A stretch of 62,942 bases of DNA, from positions 1 to 62,942 of the forward strand of contig JBAZRE010000004.1 of NCBI GenBank assembly GCA_041663025.1. Direction: 5' to 3'. The stretch's first letter is position 1. The number at the start of each line of letters is the position of its first letter. Both the position numbers and the translations under genes were made by a program. Origin of the DNA: Minisyncoccota bacterium. GTDB taxonomy: Bacteria > Patescibacteriota > Minisyncoccia > Phycocordibacterales > Phycocordibacteraceae. This document shows positions 61,301 through 62,942 of this stretch, piece after piece. Under the pieces are notes generated by a model. That model saw only the letters and a program-made list of their open reading frames with translations, made no database searches and was not told where the DNA came from.

Positions 61301-62942
61301 CCTTTTGCGAGTTGGTTGGTTTGAGGCGTATAGCCGAAGAGTGAAGATGATGCGATTGCATAGGTTGTGCCATTGTTGGCGGCAACGAGACCGGTGAAGG
61401 AGGCGAGGACTGGAGCGGTGGTGAAGGTCTGTGTTTGTGACCAGGTGTTTGGTGTTGTGGTGCCGAAGGCGAGGGAGACCGCGTGAGATGCGCCAGCTGA
61501 TACTATGACCGGATATGTGCCACTAATGGTGACAATACCAGTGTTAGTGACTGTGAAATTCGGATATGTGCCGGTCACGTTGATGCCGGCGCCATTTGCA
61601 AGAGCGACAGTTTGATCAGGCGCGGTGTTGGTGATGGTGAGACCAGAACCAACCACAGCACCGGTGCCACTGATAGAAATGCCGGTGCCATTTGAGACGG
61701 TTGACGTGCCAACATTGGCAAACGTATTCGCACCAGAGAAGTATGGGATGTTGCCGATGACTGCATCGGTTGATGTGGAGAGGCCGTTGAATCCAACAGT
61801 TGCACCTGAGAGTGTGATGGGCCAAGCGGTTGAAATGGTGGCTTGTTTTGCATTCCACGTTGCTGCTGATGCGATGCGATCATCTGCGAGTGTTCCGATC
61901 CAGTATGGTGTGAAGAGATGTTCGGTGCCATTTGAGACGATGGTCATGCCGAGGTTGGTGTCGGCAGTTGATGTTGCGAGTGTTTGAGTGGAGCCGGTGA
62001 GGCCGGTGTGGAAGTTGTCTCCGAGGGTTTGGATGGCGGCGGAGAGTGGTGTATAGCCGAAGAGTGAAGATGATGCGATTGCATAGGTTGTGCCATTGTT
62101 GGCAGCAACGAGACCGGTGAAGGAGGCGAGGACTGGTGCGGTGGTGAAGGTCTGTGTTTGTGACCAGGTGTTTGGTGTGGTGGTGCCGAATGCGAGGGAG
62201 AAGGTTGTCGCAGGACCGATGAGAGAACCGGCACCGGAGATCTGAAGAGGATAAGTGCTGATGGGAGCAGAGGTTGCAACATTGGCGAAGGTATTAGCAC
62301 CAGAGAAGTATGGGATGTTGCCGATGACGGCATCTGTTGATGTTGAGAGACCGCCGAATGATAAAGATGATCCGGAAATGGAAAGGGGGAATGATGTGGT
62401 GAGGTTTTGGATCGAAGAAGAAGCGACCCATGCTGGCACCCCATCACTCATAGCGAGAATGTATCCATTCGTTCCTGCATTGATGGAACCGAGTGTGTTA
62501 GTGCCGCTGAAATATGGGAGTGCGTTTGCTGCACCTGTATACAGAGAAGAAGTGGCGATTGAGAGTGTAGGAGATGAACCGAGTGTGGACCAGATGCCGC
62601 CCGTTGAAAGGCCAAGACCAAAGGTTGGCGTGGAGGTCGCGACGCCATAGACACCTGAGGTGCCATTTGATACGAGAAGATTGCTTGAAGAAGGTTGGCT
62701 AGTGGTGGCAAGACCGGTCCATGTGAGAGAACCGCCGGTGCCGATATAGGTGAAGGAACCGGAGAACGGTGCTGATAATGAGAGTGAAGATGTGGCAACA
62801 TTGGCGAAGGTATTAGCACCAGAGAAGTATGGGATGTTGCCGATGACTGCATCGGTTGATGTGGAGAGGCCGTTGAATCCAACAGTTGCACCTGAGAGTG
62901 TGATGGGCCAAGCGGTTGAAATGGTGGCTTGTTTTGCATTCC
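52309..62942 (-). CDS. Giant modular surface protein (>3,540 aa), 5'-partial
   Basis: ORF 52309..62451; by hand translation the same frame has no stop from 62452 to the window end. Modules: GN(V/I)GIGT tail-fibre-like repeats; YadA-head-like NSAFG repeats (about 55400..55930 and 60600..61060); WxxVTYGNGxFVAV repeats (about 58200..59060); CBM-like module (about 56080..56450); ADYAEYF segment (about 54200); two Ig-like C-terminal domains (about 52440..53010). Confidence 0.85.
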   Translation of the reverse strand, partial: NAKQATISTAWPITLSGATVGFNGLSTSTDAVIGNIPYFSGANTFANVATSSLSLSAPFSGSFTYIGTGGSLTWTGLATTSQPSSSNLLVSNGTSGVYGVATSTPTFGLGLSTGGIWSTLGSSPTLSIATSSLYTGAANALPYFSGTNTLGSINAGTNGYILAMSDGVPAWVASSSIQNLTTSFPLSISGSSLSFGGLSTSTDAVIGNIPYFSGANTFANVATSAPISTYPLQISGAGSLIGPATTFSLAFGTTTPNTWSQTQTFTTAPVLASFTGLVAANNGTTYAIASSSLFGYTPLSAAIQTLGDNFHTGLTGSTQTLATSTADTNLGMTIVSNGTEHLFTPYWIGTLADDRIASAATWNAKQATISTAWPITLSGATVGFNGLSTSTDAVIGNIPYFSGANTFANVGTSTVSNGTGISISGTGAVVGSGLTITNTAPDQTVALANGAGINVTGTYPNFTVTNTGIVTISGTYPVIVSAGASHAVSLAFGTTTPNTWSQTQTFTTAPVLASFTGLVAANNGTTYAIASSSLFGYTPQTNQLAKGNFLVGNDAGVAQATSTIFISSTGNLGIGTSAPDYKLDVAGFINVNQYSGYRQDGLLLGYASTTNSSTIFGFSAGNTATTSPGPNLSLTAIGYKALTANTGIGNTAIGANALTANTSGTSNTAIGSSALLTNTTGSNSVAIGATAANYNNMTNGVAIGNTAGGAWSGPITTQGGVYIGLGAGLKSGNSSDYNTLIGYQAGREVSTGFGNILLGANVDTVSNLTSGGNNIGIGYNTFFPNATGNNQLNIGGIIFGTLPATSTALVSNPSGVIGIGTTTPQWNLQIASSTKTQFALSDMSAGANLKHWLFSSMGGNFYISTSSDSYATSTIPALSINSNGALTLASALGISSGGTGVSALPAYGQVLVGNAAGTGYDYVATSTFGGGGSATLSGSLGQIAYFSSANTAIGTSTLFISSASNVGIGTTSPYSLLSISNSRTTAANTPLFTIASTTDGTATSTFMTVLANGYVGIGTANPGAKLDVNGGVAYFGDGTASAPGISFHSGNNTGLYRYDDGTGSNLGLSANGGNVMYLQRGGNVGIGTTTPAWNLQVASRGKAQIALSDSGAGANLKHWLFSSMGGNLYIGTSSDAYATSTIPALAISSNGAVTLASALGISSGGTASSTPLGGILVGNGSSFIKSLVVGTGLSFDGSTLTGIEGTNYWTSSGSNLYNNVGTNLGIGTTSPLAILDVAGVNDGSAPLFQLSSVASFATTTQFIVKNDGTVGIGTATPGEKLEVVGNIISKGTSWTARTASVSNKWLGITYGNGLFVAVASSTSGVSTGVMTSPDGINWTTRTSAADKIWGSVTYGNGLFVAVSTDGFVMTSPNGATWTSRTAAAANNWKSVTYGNGTFVAVSSDGGANHVMTSPDGITWALQASAEDNSWQGITYGNGLFVAVALSGDNRVMTSPDGVTWTPQAGLGASGWWKSVTYGNGLFVAVSTDGGANVVMTSPNGTAWTGHAGATSNVWNSVTYGNGLYVAVSSDNFVMTSPDGATWKLRTSPADTWQGVAYGNGTFVAVANTASAVMTSGKADSNITPPNNLYQGGLAINGNLGVGTTSPFSLFSVGTAGNAFRIDTTGTVKEGIWNGTAISNVYGGTGLNSSALNGPISVANGTWQATTSIGVMYGGTGLTSLPSYGQLLLGNASSGYTLTATSSLGLLGSTTVSSLTTNYLPKWGGSTFNNSLIYDTGTYLGIGTTTPQWLFQLSTSTAPQFALGDSSLSSNKWTFRNAGGYLYIATSSPLTFATSSMSALTIDPNGYLGVSTTSPYALLSVSGLIAGANFNADNATATSTFAGGLSVNGGAFVSDFSTGETSISSLISGTQSFDTNAGMVQWTDVPIDTVVAGVPQSYTAYLGGNPMIMVYGLSDGASSTYSNGVTIGSSTPPTAMFNVFGRSSTSSTTVEFANSASTTLFKLQDNGLAGFGTTSPWGLLSINGNALGAGTPQFVVGSSTATNFIVTNGGNVGIGTTSPGSLLSIGGTGTGWNFFDNATTTSYAKGIDLMNGGCFSINGTCVGGGAGGNVIDTLASTLGAGNDAGGLNMVNLGLVGIGTTSPYSLLSISNSRTTAANTPLFTIASTTDGTATSTFMTVLANGNIGIGTSAPAAKLSIQGTNTEATLGTEKVTNGSFNTNDTGWTVGAGWSYDGVNDWEVHTPGNIATLEQDVSAVAGETYVITFYIETLNGTGTVTCSLGGTDCQNSYSIVDGGYVYEVVTAQTTDNLIFTPSTDFDGYIDAISVKKLTQTSPVFTLLNSDGTTGFEMRSSGADTLGWNTNIFIGANAGMSNMPDGGTVAGLFNTAVGAGAFESNTTGSSNSAFGGMALEYSNGNANSAFGMMSLGVNTVGSYNSAFGGSSLGSNSTGSYNNAFGTGDTAGALGSNTTGSYNNAFGSDALLSNTIGSYNSAFGGNALNLNTTGENNSAFGFLALPNNTTGQVNTAFGAGSLFNNQTGSYNVALGMSAGFSALGSGNVFIGNEAGYFETGSNKFYLANSSTTPLIYGDFATGRIGLGSTTPGSLLSISNSRTTAANTPLFTIASTTNGTATSTFMTVLANGNVGIGTTSPAESLSTSGRLYVGGTGTSTIENNLHVMGTLKVGTGSLYLTGTGISSTDGSLGLSSGTATSTFANGLTIGTNKFVVQQTSGNVGIGTADPLSPLHVVGDLGTGNMPTAQGAFLGIISSYAGMQLYGSSGGLIDFNDASGEDADFRIWEHSGRFSMGNGTSGEDITILSSGYVGVGTSSPMSRLSIASSVGAQLTLAYDTTNYANFTVNSLGGLTIAPSVTNATTTIGGGDQAMVIDSLGNVGIGTTSPYARLSVVSSVTDNSDAFVISTTTSGAIFRVTGYGDVRADGSIYSPVALQSGSADYAEYFYTDDIDLKSGEAVCVDTSQKNAVKRCDRAADNNLMGIVSTKPGFIGNAKEEYKNNPNYKLIAMLGQIPAFVSAENGPIISGDSLTAASSTPGYVMRADPGDPTVGVALEPLAEGEGKINVLISRRNKSLVVEQVESMVADRVANMKIEDQVQAMVKQSIDKLSLDAFNVSGAVSANEFIVPVRGDISSLLGGFASTTSPDVLTADGNGVDIYKLATYTLSGVYDLAAKVDAHEMRLTSLEARVSALENGEVSTASDSPVTFSTSTLASAFNAFGVFISNGIAQFGTLIADRFVAATNSEGSSSAGTVNILAGNTVAQVENAYVKPTTKIFVTLTASTTGSWFISDKKEGSFKLVLSAPQESDVSFDYFLVQTEGQVATSTPPEISNSQFSISNERDTTPPVITLLGDNPVRLSVGDTFTDPGVTVVDDIDNNPSVTTYINGVQQEVSTATIDTASPTTYLITYEAKDAAGNSSTAMRSVIVGASDSGAGGSQTDSDNQGSIPLQLDQTLNPDTVSPVVTLNGDAAMQITVGDVFTDPGATAADDTDGSIMPIVTGTVDTSTAGLYTLTYTATDAAGNIGTASRLITVIHGETVEPTAPAAPPPVPTSEVGTPTESVGADVVPADTSATT
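55144..55275. repeat. Intragenic near-identical repeat (LLSISNSRTTAANTPLFTIASTT.GTATSTFMTVLANGN), copy 3 (approximate bounds)
   Basis: Same peptide and very similar DNA at about 56516..56650 and 59903..60035. Confidence 0.7.
56516..56650. repeat. Intragenic near-identical repeat, copy 2 (approximate bounds)
   Basis: See 55144..55275. Confidence 0.7.
59903..60035. repeat. Intragenic near-identical repeat, copy 1 (approximate bounds)
   Basis: See 55144..55275. Confidence 0.7.
61328..61478. repeat. Approx. 150-nt intragenic repeat (AFGTTTPNTWSQTQTFTTAPVLASFTGLVAANNGTTYAIASSSLFGYTP), paired with 62050..62200
   Basis: Only a handful of mismatches by eye. Confidence 0.75.
62797..62942. repeat. 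Approx. 145-nt intragenic repeat, paired with 61711..61856 (a related shorter copy at about 62270..62350)
   Basis: The last approx. 125 nt are identical by eye. Explains the duplicated off-frame ORFs 61575..61931 and 62448..62939. Confidence 0.75.

Noticed and set aside
61575-62939. ORFs 62448..62939, 61944..62447 and 61575..61931 (minus strand; P/S/H/Q-rich translations) as separate genes upstream of or inside the giant gene
   Set aside because: They are off-frame shadows of the giant ORF. Their similarity to each other only reflects the DNA repeats. The giant gene's own frame is open through this region to the window edge.
1-62942. CRISPR arrays, rRNA genes, additional tRNAs, and UGA recoding
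   Set aside because: I saw no spacer-repeat arrays and no rRNA-like segments, and only one cloverleaf could be folded (21927..21999). TGA terminates well-supported genes (RAYT-A at 2399..2401, tkt-C at 39908..39910), so the standard code applies. A proper tRNAscan, Infernal and CRISPR scan was not possible here.

Overview
62.9-kb, gene-dense window of about 60 genes, mostly on the minus strand. TGA is used as a stop codon, so the standard bacterial code applies. All calls rest on reading the supplied translations and the DNA by eye; no database search was run. By inference this looks like a reduced-genome Candidate Phyla Radiation / Patescibacteria (Parcubacteria-like) chromosome. Housekeeping genes: rnr, a short smc, rnc, a nusB-Nudix fusion, rpmF, rnhB, dnaE, a short thrS, gyrB, pheST, tRNA-Thr, tsf, rpsB, a short prfA, rpmE and rplY. 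A sugar-phosphate cluster holds fba, a PfkB kinase, split tkt, rpe, rpiB and gap. An envelope and surface block contains a GT2 synthase, an Lnt-like protein, a lipoprotein metalloprotease, a lytic transglycosylase, a type IV pilin, a six-gene secreted-protein operon with a tail-fibre/S74-like protein, a DUF2341/LamG protein, and a giant repeat protein of more than 3,540 aa whose frame runs off the window edge. The most unusual content is three paralogous RAYT-like (COG1943 / IS200-like Y1 HUH) transposase genes. Each is bracketed by its own family of palindromic hairpins. Two of them carry their cognate hairpin in-frame at the same position inside their own ORF. Family C palindromes also sit in-frame inside pheT and the Lnt-like gene (encoding VGR[PT]TSY) and supply the stop codon of fba. 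Next to two cassettes lie second, synonymously recoded copies of the last codons of rnr and gyrB. Other signals: an identical 40-nt core closed by non-homologous stems just 3' of rpsB and rpmF; -10-like TATACT boxes 6-8 nt upstream of many start codons, which suggests leaderless mRNAs; TATAC and TTGAAAATT repeat arrays, some inside coding sequence; and an orphan four-helix-bundle (Avd/IVS-like) gene flanked by repeats. No CRISPR array, rRNA gene or reverse transcriptase was seen.
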